A stretch of DNA of 64,000 nt, taken from the sequence record NC_031103.1; one strand, 5' to 3'. This document shows, in pieces, positions 20,878 through 30,277 of this stretch. The stretch comes from Escherichia phage vB_EcoM-UFV13. Numbering within the stretch: the stretch's first letter is position 1; every line of letters starts with the position of its first letter. The notes beneath the pieces are model-generated. The model was not told where the DNA came from. It saw nothing but the letters and a program-made list of their open reading frames with translations, and did no database searches. The position numbers and the translations under genes were made by a program.

Positions 20878-21972
20878 ATGGCAATTGTTAAAGAAATAAC
20901 TACTGATTTAATTAAAAAGTCCGGTGAGAAAATTTCAGCCGGACAGAGCACTAAATCAGAAGTAGTAACTAAAACATACACTGCCCAGTTTCCAACTGGG
21001 CGTGCTAGTGGTAATGACACTACAGGGGACTTCCAGGTAACAGATCTATATAAGAATGGATTATTATTTACTGCATACAATATGTCATCTAGGGATTCTG
21101 GAAGTCTTAGATCGATGAGATCTAACTACTCTTCTTCATCTTCGAGTATTTTAAGTACAGCTAGAAACACTATTAGTAGTACAGTATCAAAACTATCAAA
21201 TGGATTAATATCAAACAATAATTCAGGAACAATAAGTAAAGCTCCTGTGGCAAATATTCTTTTGCCGAGATCTAAATCTGATGTTGATACATCATCACAC
21301 CGATTTAATGATGTTCAAGAAAGTCTTATCAGCAGAGGCGGAGGTACTGCTACTGGTGTGCTAAGTAATATTGCTTCAACTGCAGTATTTGGAGCACTGG
21401 AAAGTATAACACAAGGTATAATGGCTGATAATAATGAACAGATTTATACGACAGCCAGAAGTATGTATGGCGGGGCTGAAAATAGAACTAAAGTGTTCAC
21501 TTGGGATTTGACTCCACGTTCAACAGAAGATTTAATGGCTATTATTAATATCTATCAGTATTTTAACTATTTTTCTTATGGTGAAACAGGTAAATCTCAA
21601 TATGCTGCTGAAATAAAGGGGTATTTAGATGATTGGTATCGTTCTACGTTAATTGAACCTTTATCTCCGGAAGACGCAGCTAAAAATAAAACACTATTTG
21701 AGAAAATGACAGCAAGTTTAACGAACGTTCTTGTAGTTTCAAACCCGACAATTTGGATGGTGAAAAACTTTGGTGCAACATCTAAGTTTGATGGAAAAAC
21801 GGAAATATTTGGTCCATGCCAAATACAGAGCATTAGATTTGATAAAACGCCTAATGGTAACTTTAACGGATTAGCTATTGCTCCAAACCTCCCTAGTACA
21901 TTTACTCTCGAGATTACTATGAGAGAAATTATCACGTTAAACCGTGCTTCTTTATATGCGGGGACTTTTTAA
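20878..21972 (+). CDS. 48: Baseplate tail tube cap protein gp48
   Basis: 364 aa as in T4 gp48. Confidence 0.9.
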   Translation: MAIVKEITTDLIKKSGEKISAGQSTKSEVVTKTYTAQFPTGRASGNDTTGDFQVTDLYKNGLLFTAYNMSSRDSGSLRSMRSNYSSSSSSILSTARNTISSTVSKLSNGLISNNNSGTISKAPVANILLPRSKSDVDTSSHRFNDVQESLISRGGGTATGVLSNIASTAVFGALESITQGIMADNNEQIYTTARSMYGGAENRTKVFTWDLTPRSTEDLMAIINIYQYFNYFSYGETGKSQYAAEIKGYLDDWYRSTLIEPLSPEDAAKNKTLFEKMTASLTNVLVVSNPTIWMVKNFGATSKFDGKTEIFGPCQIQSIRFDKTPNGNFNGLAIAPNLPSTFTLEITMREIITLNRASLYAGTF

Positions 21973-22937
21973 TGTATTCTTTAGAGGAATTTAATAATCA
22001 AGCAATAAACGCAGATTTCCAACGTAATAATATGTTTAGCTGCGTTTTTGCGACAACTCCATCAACTAAAAGCTCTTCGTTGATAAGTTCAATTAGCAAC
22101 TTTTCTTATAATAACTTGGGCCTAAATTCAGATTGGTTAGGATTAACTCAAGGCGATATTAATCAGGGAATTACCACGCTAATTACTGCTGGTACACAAA
22201 AACTAATAAGAAAATCAGGAGTCAGTAAATATCTTATTGGTGCCATGAGTCAACGTACTGTCCAGAGTTTATTAGGCTCATTTACAGTCGGTACATATTT
22301 AATCGATTTCTTTAATATGGCGTATAATTCATCTGGATTGATGATATATTCTGTAAAAATGCCAGAGAATAGATTATCCTATGAAACTGACTGGAACTAT
22401 AATTCTCCTAATATTCGTATAACTGGGAGAGAATTAGACCCTTTGGTTATTTCATTTAGAATGGATTCAGAAGCTTGTAACTATCGTGCAATGCAAGACT
22501 GGGTTAACGCTGTTCAAGACCCAGTAACTGGATTACGTGCTTTGCCACAAGATGTCGAGGCAGATATTCAGGTTAATCTTCATGCTCGTAATGGATTACC
22601 TCATACTGCGGTGATGTTCACCGGATGCATTCCAATATCAGTGAGCGCTCCTGAGTTATCATATGATGGAGATAACCAAATAACTACATTTGACGTTACT
22701 TTTGCGTATAGAGTGATGCAGGCTGGAGCAGTTGATAGGCAAGCTGCGCTTGAATGGCTTGAATCTGCTGCTATAAATGGTATTCAAAGCGTTCTCGGAA
22801 ATAGTGGAGGTGTTACTGGACTATCTAATTCGCTTTCACGACTTAGTAGATTAGGAGGAACTGCAGGAAGCATTTCAAACATTAATACTATGACAGGGAT
22901 TGTCAATTCGCAAAGTAAAATATTAGGAGCAATATAA
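21972..22937 (+). CDS. 54: Baseplate tail tube initiator gp54
   Basis: 321 aa; TAATG overlap with 48. Confidence 0.9.
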   Translation: MYSLEEFNNQAINADFQRNNMFSCVFATTPSTKSSSLISSISNFSYNNLGLNSDWLGLTQGDINQGITTLITAGTQKLIRKSGVSKYLIGAMSQRTVQSLLGSFTVGTYLIDFFNMAYNSSGLMIYSVKMPENRLSYETDWNYNSPNIRITGRELDPLVISFRMDSEACNYRAMQDWVNAVQDPVTGLRALPQDVEADIQVNLHARNGLPHTAVMFTGCIPISVSAPELSYDGDNQITTFDVTFAYRVMQAGAVDRQAALEWLESAAINGIQSVLGNSGGVTGLSNSLSRLSRLGGTAGSISNINTMTGIVNSQSKILGAI

Positions 22938-22940
22938 CAA

Positions 22941-22960
22941 TGGGGACCGAAAGGTCCCCA
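22941..22960. terminator. Bidirectional terminator between gene 54 (+) and the minus-strand early block
   Basis: TGGGGACC-GAAA-GGTCCCCA hairpin with T-runs, between convergent genes. Confidence 0.8.
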
Positions 22961-22965
22961 TATTT

Positions 22966-23256
22966 TTATTTACGGAATGAAATAAAAGCAGCAACTGAAG
23001 CAACTAAACTGTCTTCAATATAAACTTCAATTTTTACCGGAGCTTCTGACTCAAATTTACCTGTTACTACACCTTGAAAAATACTTTCAGTCTGTTCTGG
23101 CTTTGAAAAATTTTCAGAAGGAAAAATTCCGAACTTTTTATCCGTTCCAAAAATTTTGATAAATTCATCGTAAACTGCTTCATTAAAAGCATTATCAGCA
23201 GGAATAACGCCTTCAACTACAAGTTCTTGACCTAAAAAGCGCAAAGAAGATTTCAT
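22966..23256 (-). CDS. Hypothetical protein, 96 aa
   Basis: ATG start with GAGGA SD 7 nt upstream; own early-type promoter; no recognisable domain. Confidence 0.55.
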   Translation of the reverse strand: MKSSLRFLGQELVVEGVIPADNAFNEAVYDEFIKIFGTDKKFGIFPSENFSKPEQTESIFQGVVTGKFESEAPVKIEVYIEDSLVASVAAFISFRK

Positions 23257-23287
23257 TTTGTGTTCCTCATGTTATGTCAGTAAGACT

Positions 23288-23317
23288 ACTATAACACAAC
23301 ATAAGGAACTTGTAAAC
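23288..23317 (-). promoter_or_regulatory. T4 early-type promoter (GTTTACA - 17 nt - TATAGT) inside a conserved leader element, copy 1
   Basis: Minus strand GTTTACA overlapping the alt-paralogue stop, 17-nt spacer, TGTTATAGT; about 90% identical to the element at 38261-38316. Confidence 0.55.
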
Positions 23318-25374
23318 TACATTTTGAACTTTTTAGACATTCCGTTGATGTTAACCAAAGAAGCTAAGATTTGAGAAACTTCGTTTTCCTCTTCTTTTGA
23401 TTCTTCTACAAGGAATTGATTAAATCCAGTCATTGGACGAACTTCACCAGTTTCCATCAGATGGTCGCCATCATATACTGATTCTTCTAATTGTTCAGAA
23501 GGAGGAACGATTGTACCTTCGATTAGATACTTGTTATAAGCAGTTTCTTTCATAAAGTAAGTACTTACTTTATTAATCTTCAGTAAAATTCCACGCGGTA
23601 GAATAACTTCAGCTTCTGATGGAAATCCTGATAAATGACCTGGAACGATAACTTTGATTCGCTCAGCTCCTTTAATTACCATACCCACGCTAGTTTCAGC
23701 ATCTTCATTAGCATATGTAGAATGACTACCCATATGCATTAAATCTTCGGCATCAACGGAACCTTCTCCTTCACCAGAAAATACTGCGCCGGAATCATCT
23801 AGAGCCATATAGTTTTTACCATGCTCACCGAAGATATTTGGTTTAAGCGATGTGGATACGAAGTTCTTGAAATAGAACATTTTATTTTCAATGTTATGAC
23901 GCAAAGTTTTAAAGGTAACTTCTTGTCCACGGTAAAGTGTAGTTCCTGGAGGAAGAACTGATCCTTTGGCAAAGGCAGAATCCAACGTCTCGATGTGCTT
24001 AATAGCTCGTTCCATGTATTCTTCACGGGTAGAATCTGGTTTACCCAAAAGGAACGAGTTCATTTCAACATATGAATCTGCACAATAATCTTCAATTACA
24101 TCAGATTCAGCTTGGGTTAGTCCTTTTGGAGTTACTTCGGTGCTTGCGTATTCATATGCCTGAGCAGCAGATTCATTAATCAATTTATAAATGCCATTCA
24201 TTACAAATTGAATAATAGCTGTCTTTTCATCTGGTGTAGCTTTAGAACCTTTAACTAAATCATTGATAATTTTCTTAATAACATCAAAGCTATTAGAAAT
24301 ATTAATGTCAGCAAGATCACTTAAAATTTTATCAGTTTTATAATCAAAGAATTCTTTATTCTTTAAATATTCTTGAGAACCTTGATATGTTATATCGCTC
24401 TGCAGCTTGATAGATGGATCGCGTAAACGTGCATGGGCCAATGCAATATGATTTCGGAAGCTTTCTAGTTCATAATCGTTAGATTTAAAACGAGAAGCAC
24501 TTCTCATACCACCGATAGCTCCTTTGCTGAAGTTTGAACCAATCTGAATAACGCCAGAGTTCATTGGTCCTTCTGCTTTATATACCGGAACCTTAGATTC
24601 AAACTCTTGATATTTCTTAGCAGCGAAGCTATCACCCTGAAGTGAAGCGTCAACAGTAGAATATTGAGCTTGTGCTGCTAATCGACGACTAATTTTAGTT
24701 TTCTGAATAACAGCTTGGTCAGTACGTTTATCATTTTCTAAAGCAATAGAAGCAGCAACAGCGACAGCTTTAGGAACAGCATTACCTGTTTTAACGTCTA
24801 CATAAACATCACCAACCTTTGATTCAACTTTTGTGAATAACTCAGTTGAAATAGGAGGTACACCTGGAATGTCTTCTAAATTGGCATTTTTACGGTAAAC
24901 CATAATATATGCATATTTCTTATCATAGTCCCAGATTTCCTTTAAGAGAACATATCGACCTGCTCCTTTAGTACGTACTAAACGGTCAGCAATAACTTGC
25001 ATTTGACGAGCAGCGCCATTTGTTTTACTTTTTAGTACGCGGAATAGGCATGCATCAATTTTATACTGCTTCATTGTTTGAAGAGCAGTATCAAAAACAG
25101 CATTAATGACACCAATTGGATTTCCACCCAAGTTTCTAAGCTTAACCAGCGATAATTTCTCGTTGACACCTATCATTACGATATGCATCATTTTATCGCC
25201 TGGCTTAACGTTTTTATTTGTATCACCGCCAGAGGTGTATGTACAAAATCTAAATCCAGGAAGCACACTTTCTTCACCGGCTTGAATAGCAAAAATTTGA
25301 GGTATTTTATGCTTAGGATTTAAGTTAACAACCGGCGCCGAAGCGCCGTCAAATAATTCTGTAATAAGTTCCAT
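23317..25374 (-). CDS. Alt-family ADP-ribosyltransferase paralogue (head-packaged Alt-like protein)
   Basis: 685 aa; N-terminal about 230 aa and C-terminal ART region align with the adjacent Alt; central region diverged. Confidence 0.85.
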   Translation of the reverse strand: MELITELFDGASAPVVNLNPKHKIPQIFAIQAGEESVLPGFRFCTYTSGGDTNKNVKPGDKMMHIVMIGVNEKLSLVKLRNLGGNPIGVINAVFDTALQTMKQYKIDACLFRVLKSKTNGAARQMQVIADRLVRTKGAGRYVLLKEIWDYDKKYAYIMVYRKNANLEDIPGVPPISTELFTKVESKVGDVYVDVKTGNAVPKAVAVAASIALENDKRTDQAVIQKTKISRRLAAQAQYSTVDASLQGDSFAAKKYQEFESKVPVYKAEGPMNSGVIQIGSNFSKGAIGGMRSASRFKSNDYELESFRNHIALAHARLRDPSIKLQSDITYQGSQEYLKNKEFFDYKTDKILSDLADINISNSFDVIKKIINDLVKGSKATPDEKTAIIQFVMNGIYKLINESAAQAYEYASTEVTPKGLTQAESDVIEDYCADSYVEMNSFLLGKPDSTREEYMERAIKHIETLDSAFAKGSVLPPGTTLYRGQEVTFKTLRHNIENKMFYFKNFVSTSLKPNIFGEHGKNYMALDDSGAVFSGEGEGSVDAEDLMHMGSHSTYANEDAETSVGMVIKGAERIKVIVPGHLSGFPSEAEVILPRGILLKINKVSTYFMKETAYNKYLIEGTIVPPSEQLEESVYDGDHLMETGEVRPMTGFNQFLVEESKEEENEVSQILASLVNINGMSKKFKM

Positions 25375-25377
25375 GAT

Positions 25378-27474
25378 TTATCCTTGAACGAACTTGTAAG
25401 GCATGTTTGTAATATCTATGCAAGACGCAATAATTCCAAGAGATGATTCTACTTTCTGTTTAACATTTGATGAAACAAATGATGCAAAGTCAACTCTGTC
25501 TTCTACTTCAATATCACCTGTCATTGCAACTACTTCACCGGTTTCCATTAAATGGTCTCCGTCATAGATTACCGATTCGGTGAGCTCTTCCGTAGTCATA
25601 ACTTCAGCTTGAATGAGTTTTGTATTATTAGATGTTGTTCCGTCATTATTAGAAGCATCAGTTATTTTATTAACTTTGACCATCAATCCGCGCGGTAGAA
25701 TAACTTCAGCTTCTGTTGCTATTCCGAGACTTCCTGGATATACAACATTAACTTTATGAGCTCCATCAATTGCCCATCCTATTTGAACTTTAACGTATTC
25801 AGGATTTTCTTTATACGCTCTTATTTCGTTTGGATTAATAGTTATTCCTTCTTCATTTTTATCAACTGTTAATTCATTGCGAGCTTCTGGTTCTAAAAGA
25901 CCAATACCAGCATGTGTAATTCCAAAACGTCCAAAAATGATAGGAGTTAAAGAAGTAGATACAAAATTTCTGAAATAGAACACTTTATTTTTAACTAGTG
26001 CTTCGTATATAGGAGCAGTCATACTTTGAGCACGATAAACTGTAATGCCTTCCGGTATGCGGTCACCATTTTCAAAAGCTGAATCTAAATTATTTATAGC
26101 AGATTCAATTTCTTTTTCACTCATTACATCATATCGTTCTGGATTGTAACGACCTAAAAGAAGATTATTAATGTCTGTATATCCTGAACCACAATATTCT
26201 CTAATACCTCGCTTTTGTGATGGAGTATATTTAGAACCATCACGGGCGATAGTAATATCAATCATTGGACCAGCGCCAATTCCGGAAAAGCTATAAATCA
26301 TTCGTTTGAGGAATTTAGTTTTTGCCGCATTCCAGGCATTTTTAGTTATTTCTCCCCAGACTTCATCTGACTGCCCTTTACGAGTTTTATTATGTTTATC
26401 AAGCCAATTATCTTTGTATTCTTCAAAGAATTTATTAACAGCTGCTGCGTATTTCTCTAAACATTTTATTGAAGTAGTTGGTTCATTTTTGATTGCGTTA
26501 AAAATTACATCTTTAATTTTTTCTGAAACTTCATCAACCTCACTTTTTGAAAAGAATTTATAGTCATAGTGAAGTTCATTCGCAGTTCCTTCGGCAATAA
26601 TTTTTGCTGCCTTAGTTTTAGAAGCTAATGAATTAATTCCAAGCTTCATTTCTTCTGCTTCGGGAATTAAAGGAGCGGTAGCAGGTTTATTGAAATTAGC
26701 TGCGGTAGATTCATACTTCTGGAATAATTCACTTTCAAATCTAGAAGATTCCAATGATTGACTTTGCGCAATTGCTCTACGGGAAATTTTAACTTTAACG
26801 ATTACAGCTTGGTCAGAACGCTTATCATTTTCTTGCGCAATAGATGCTGCAATTGCCTCATTTTTAGTTACTTGGGCTCCAGTATCTTTATTGATATAAA
26901 CATCACCGACCTTCGATTCAACTTTAGTAAAGAGCTCGGTACTAATTTCCGGAACTCCTGGAATGTCTTCTAGCGATACATTTTTGCGATGTATAAGAAT
27001 ATATGCATACTTTTTATCGTAATCCCAGAGTTCCTTAAGAAGGACGTATCTGCCACCTGAACGACTACGGATAAGTCTATCAGCAATAACTTGAATTTGT
27101 CGAGCTTGACCAGCAGTTTTAGACTTAAGAATACGAAGCATACAAGCATCAATTTTATATTGACGCATAGTTTGCATTGCAACAGTAAAAACTGAATTGA
27201 TATAATTAATTGGGCTTGGACCAAGACCTTTTAATTTAGCAATTGAACCTTTAGCAGTTAATGTAAAAGGAACAATATGCATCATTTTATCGCCCATCTT
27301 TAAATCGCGATTAGTATCACCTCCAGATGTATAGGTACATAAACGAAAGCCTGGTTGTTCAATTGCATCATCAACATGAACTGAAAAAATTTGTGGTATT
27401 TTCTTCTTTGGATTTAAGTTTGTAATCGGAAGAGTAGTATCTTCGTCAAATAATTCTGTAATAAGTTCCATCAT
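25378..27474 (-). CDS. alt: Alt ADP-ribosyltransferase
   Basis: 698 aa; N-terminus MELITELFDEDTTLPITNL and C-terminus IASCIDITNMPYKFVQG recalled as T4 Alt; ART motifs (YRxQ-like, STSL, EAEVILPRG). Confidence 0.9.
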   Translation of the reverse strand: MMELITELFDEDTTLPITNLNPKKKIPQIFSVHVDDAIEQPGFRLCTYTSGGDTNRDLKMGDKMMHIVPFTLTAKGSIAKLKGLGPSPINYINSVFTVAMQTMRQYKIDACMLRILKSKTAGQARQIQVIADRLIRSRSGGRYVLLKELWDYDKKYAYILIHRKNVSLEDIPGVPEISTELFTKVESKVGDVYINKDTGAQVTKNEAIAASIAQENDKRSDQAVIVKVKISRRAIAQSQSLESSRFESELFQKYESTAANFNKPATAPLIPEAEEMKLGINSLASKTKAAKIIAEGTANELHYDYKFFSKSEVDEVSEKIKDVIFNAIKNEPTTSIKCLEKYAAAVNKFFEEYKDNWLDKHNKTRKGQSDEVWGEITKNAWNAAKTKFLKRMIYSFSGIGAGPMIDITIARDGSKYTPSQKRGIREYCGSGYTDINNLLLGRYNPERYDVMSEKEIESAINNLDSAFENGDRIPEGITVYRAQSMTAPIYEALVKNKVFYFRNFVSTSLTPIIFGRFGITHAGIGLLEPEARNELTVDKNEEGITINPNEIRAYKENPEYVKVQIGWAIDGAHKVNVVYPGSLGIATEAEVILPRGLMVKVNKITDASNNDGTTSNNTKLIQAEVMTTEELTESVIYDGDHLMETGEVVAMTGDIEVEDRVDFASFVSSNVKQKVESSLGIIASCIDITNMPYKFVQG

Positions 27475-27494
27475 AGCCTCTCTAGTGTTTATTC

Positions 27495-27502
27495 TATTTA
27501 TA
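27495..27502 (-). promoter_or_regulatory. T4-type late promoter for the alt tandem (TATAAATA on the minus strand)
   Basis: TATTTATA on the + strand, 21 nt upstream of the alt ATG; Alt is a late, head-packaged protein in T4. Confidence 0.6.
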
Positions 27503-27507
27503 AAATT

Positions 27508-27525
27508 AAAGGCCCGAAGGCCTTT
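27508..27525 (-). terminator. Stem-loop (AAAGGCC-CGAA-GGCCTTT) overlapping the stop of the 62-aa ORF
   Basis: Palindromic 7-bp stem with tetraloop between the ligase operon and the alt late promoter. Confidence 0.55.
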
Positions 27526-27712
27526 AGTAATCTAGTGGTAAGAGAGTACGATATATTTCAAACTTTGGTCCTTTTTCATAGGCATCAAATGTTTCTGTAA
27601 ATTTATTATAAGCGTATGCATCTACAAATTCGAGAATGACTTGTGATACAGAAGTAGAAACATCTCCACCTTCTTTTTGAGCAATGACAATTGTTTCTAA
27701 GTAAGCTTTCAT
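27524..27712 (-). CDS. Hypothetical protein, 62 aa, translationally coupled to DNA ligase
   Basis: ATG overlaps the ligase stop (ATGA). Confidence 0.5.
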   Translation of the reverse strand: MKAYLETIVIAQKEGGDVSTSVSQVILEFVDAYAYNKFTETFDAYEKGPKFEIYRTLLPLDY

Positions 27713-29172
27713 AGACCAGTTACCTCATGAAAATCGCCAAATACATCTTCGAACGTATTAGCTTTAGTTTTATCTTCGCGTAAACGAATCGCAATTGGAA
27801 GAAATAATTTAACGTAATCAGTGCGGCCATCAGATTTTAACCAACCGTTGCATTCGCACTCTAGAATTTTTCCAATATAATAATTTTGGTTTTCCATAAT
27901 GCGAGTACGGTCAAGTTCATGCGATTTTACGCCGGCTTTATCTTTTAAGCCTGAACCAGCATTTACTTTAATTTTTCCACACTCTGACTCAAGAATAAAT
28001 CCACCTGCTTTAGTAGGGTCTTTACGGTGAGGATAAATTCCTACAATTTTTAAATCAACATCAATTACTTCTTTAAATTTATAAAGATTTTTTGAACGAG
28101 CATTTTCCCATAATCCATCGATATTTTTGAGAATAATACCTTCAAGACCTTGGTCAATATACTTTTTATAAATTACCTTAGCTTCATCTAGGTTATTTAC
28201 TACCTGGTTTTCAATTAAAATTACTTTATCATAACCTGATGTCATTTGTTCTAGTTTAGAAAAACGTACATCATATTTCAAACGAAATGCAGGAAGACCG
28301 TATATTTCTACCAACGGGACATAATCCCAGACCTGAAACTTCATGCATTGAGCTTCTTTTTCAGAAATGGTTCCCTTTAAAGATTTATTAGCGATTCCAT
28401 TAGAAGCAGTACGTGATTCAGCTACTTCGGCGAATTCTTTAGCTTTACTAATTTCAGGATAAGCATCAAAAAGAAAATCTAGGCCTTCTGGCTCCTTTTT
28501 AACTTGCTCATGGTATACCAATTCGCCATCAATTAACACACCTTCTGGATGAATCTGGCGGGCTTCAGCGGTCATTTTGATTAACTCTTCTTTGAGAAGG
28601 TCTAATCCTAGATATTCATTACCAGCTCGTGATAAAAGACGAACATCATCTAATTCATCACCTCTGACTTCAGCAAAGCACCGAGCCCCATCAGCTTTTA
28701 ACTGGGCAAAGGCTGGAAATTTGATATTCTTATTAATGCCTTTTTCATCATAAGAACTTGCCAGCATTTGAGGTTGTTCAGGAATTAAACCTGGCCAAAC
28801 TTTGTTTGCAATAGATACTGAAGCACCGCATTCAAGGTCTCGCATCATCACCCGACGCAAAACTTCAACATCATCTTTTTTACCGTCAGTAATATATCCA
28901 GTTAATTCCTCAATTGCCGCATTTCCAGTCAATTTCCGAGTAGCTAACGTGAATTCAATGAAGTCGAGCATATCGGTAAGAGTCAACATTCCAAAACTCT
29001 GGGTAGCAATACCCGGTTTAGGCCATTTCTTGATATAATACTGTAACCCACGAGAATAAGTCAGACGATATACTCGTTTAAGCAATTCATTATCTTTATT
29101 CTTTTCAAGAATTGCTTGCTTCTGCTTAGTTGAACCAATAGATGCTATTTCGTTCAGAATTTTAAGAATCAT
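27709..29172 (-). CDS. 30: ATP-dependent DNA ligase gp30
   Basis: 487 aa as in T4 DNA ligase; N-terminus MILKILNEIASIGSTKQKQAILEKNKDNELLKRVY recalled as T4 ligase; adenylation lysine motif region. Confidence 0.96.
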   Translation of the reverse strand: MILKILNEIASIGSTKQKQAILEKNKDNELLKRVYRLTYSRGLQYYIKKWPKPGIATQSFGMLTLTDMLDFIEFTLATRKLTGNAAIEELTGYITDGKKDDVEVLRRVMMRDLECGASVSIANKVWPGLIPEQPQMLASSYDEKGINKNIKFPAFAQLKADGARCFAEVRGDELDDVRLLSRAGNEYLGLDLLKEELIKMTAEARQIHPEGVLIDGELVYHEQVKKEPEGLDFLFDAYPEISKAKEFAEVAESRTASNGIANKSLKGTISEKEAQCMKFQVWDYVPLVEIYGLPAFRLKYDVRFSKLEQMTSGYDKVILIENQVVNNLDEAKVIYKKYIDQGLEGIILKNIDGLWENARSKNLYKFKEVIDVDLKIVGIYPHRKDPTKAGGFILESECGKIKVNAGSGLKDKAGVKSHELDRTRIMENQNYYIGKILECECNGWLKSDGRTDYVKLFLPIAIRLREDKTKANTFEDVFGDFHEVTGL

Positions 29173-29438
29173 TGTTCATCCTTTAGAGTTTGGTTTACAG
29201 CTCTATTATAAATCAATTCATCATTAAGCTCAGTCAAAGACCTGTGGTATGTGGTTCTAACTTTATTTCCTTGCATCCAGTGCTTGACGTAAATGAAACC
29301 TTGCTCTACACATTTTTTAAAAATTCGTTCGTCTTTTTGAGCTCGGAATTCTGGATTGCATCTAAAAAATTGATTTACGTGACCGTAATCACGTGTAGTA
29401 TTACCTTCATTTTCATAAATAGTGTGAACGACAAACAT
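29169..29438 (-). CDS. Hypothetical protein, 89 aa (T4 30.1 position)
   Basis: ATG start; stop overlaps the ligase start (ATGA). Confidence 0.55.
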   Translation of the reverse strand: MFVVHTIYENEGNTTRDYGHVNQFFRCNPEFRAQKDERIFKKCVEQGFIYVKHWMQGNKVRTTYHRSLTELNDELIYNRAVNQTLKDEQ

Positions 29439-30277
29439 TAGAATGCTCCTTGGAAAATATTATCACCACTAGTAGGTCTATTATACAAATACTCTATGCC
29501 ACCAGGTTTAATATAGTTCCATGTCTGAAACGGATGTGTCTGATATGGATGATATAGATGATTATAAGGATTAAATCCAGGAGTTCTCCAGGTAGTGTTC
29601 CAAGGAAAAGAATCGTTTTTGATCATCTTCTCAATTACATCTTTTATAACTTTTTCACTATCAAAACTTTCTTTATTTTCCTTCGATGGAAAAAGCTTAT
29701 TCTCTACATCATTCCATGTATAAACTCGCTGTGCAGTTTTTGGAATACTGTCACGCTCTCCTCGAGCCATCCAATAAACAGGAACACTTAATATTTCACT
29801 CGCATGATCGCAGTGGTGAGCGAGATCGTCAATATAACAAATTACGTTATATTTCTCTTTTGCCTTTTTGAACAACTCTTCTTTTGAAGAATCATGACCA
29901 CACATCAATACTTCTGAGAAGGCACCAGGAAAAAGAGCATTCAAATTAAATTGACGATTCAGCAGAGCGTCAATAGAATCACCCAGTGCTGTAACAGCTA
30001 CAAAATTATAATCTTCTTTTAATTTGTTAATTACACACAGGGCATCTTTATATGGCGACAAGTAACGAATAAAATCTGAACGATTGTATTTTTCAATTAG
30101 CTTAACGCCAAGTTCTTCATCACAATTAAAAAGTTTACCAGGAGAAATAAATTTCTCATCCTGGATCATTTTTAAAATATGTTCTAACGGAAGATTATAT
30201 TTCTGAGCAAAATAAGGAAGGCCTGATTGCCAGCTTAAACATACACCATCAATATCAGTCAAAATAGTAGGCTTCAT
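29438..30277 (-). CDS. HAD-superfamily hydrolase-like protein (T4 30.2 position)
   Basis: 279 aa; N-terminal LTDIDGV matches HAD motif I (DxDG[TV]); His-rich C-terminus. Confidence 0.6.
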   Translation of the reverse strand: MKPTILTDIDGVCLSWQSGLPYFAQKYNLPLEHILKMIQDEKFISPGKLFNCDEELGVKLIEKYNRSDFIRYLSPYKDALCVINKLKEDYNFVAVTALGDSIDALLNRQFNLNALFPGAFSEVLMCGHDSSKEELFKKAKEKYNVICYIDDLAHHCDHASEILSVPVYWMARGERDSIPKTAQRVYTWNDVENKLFPSKENKESFDSEKVIKDVIEKMIKNDSFPWNTTWRTPGFNPYNHLYHPYQTHPFQTWNYIKPGGIEYLYNRPTSGDNIFQGAF

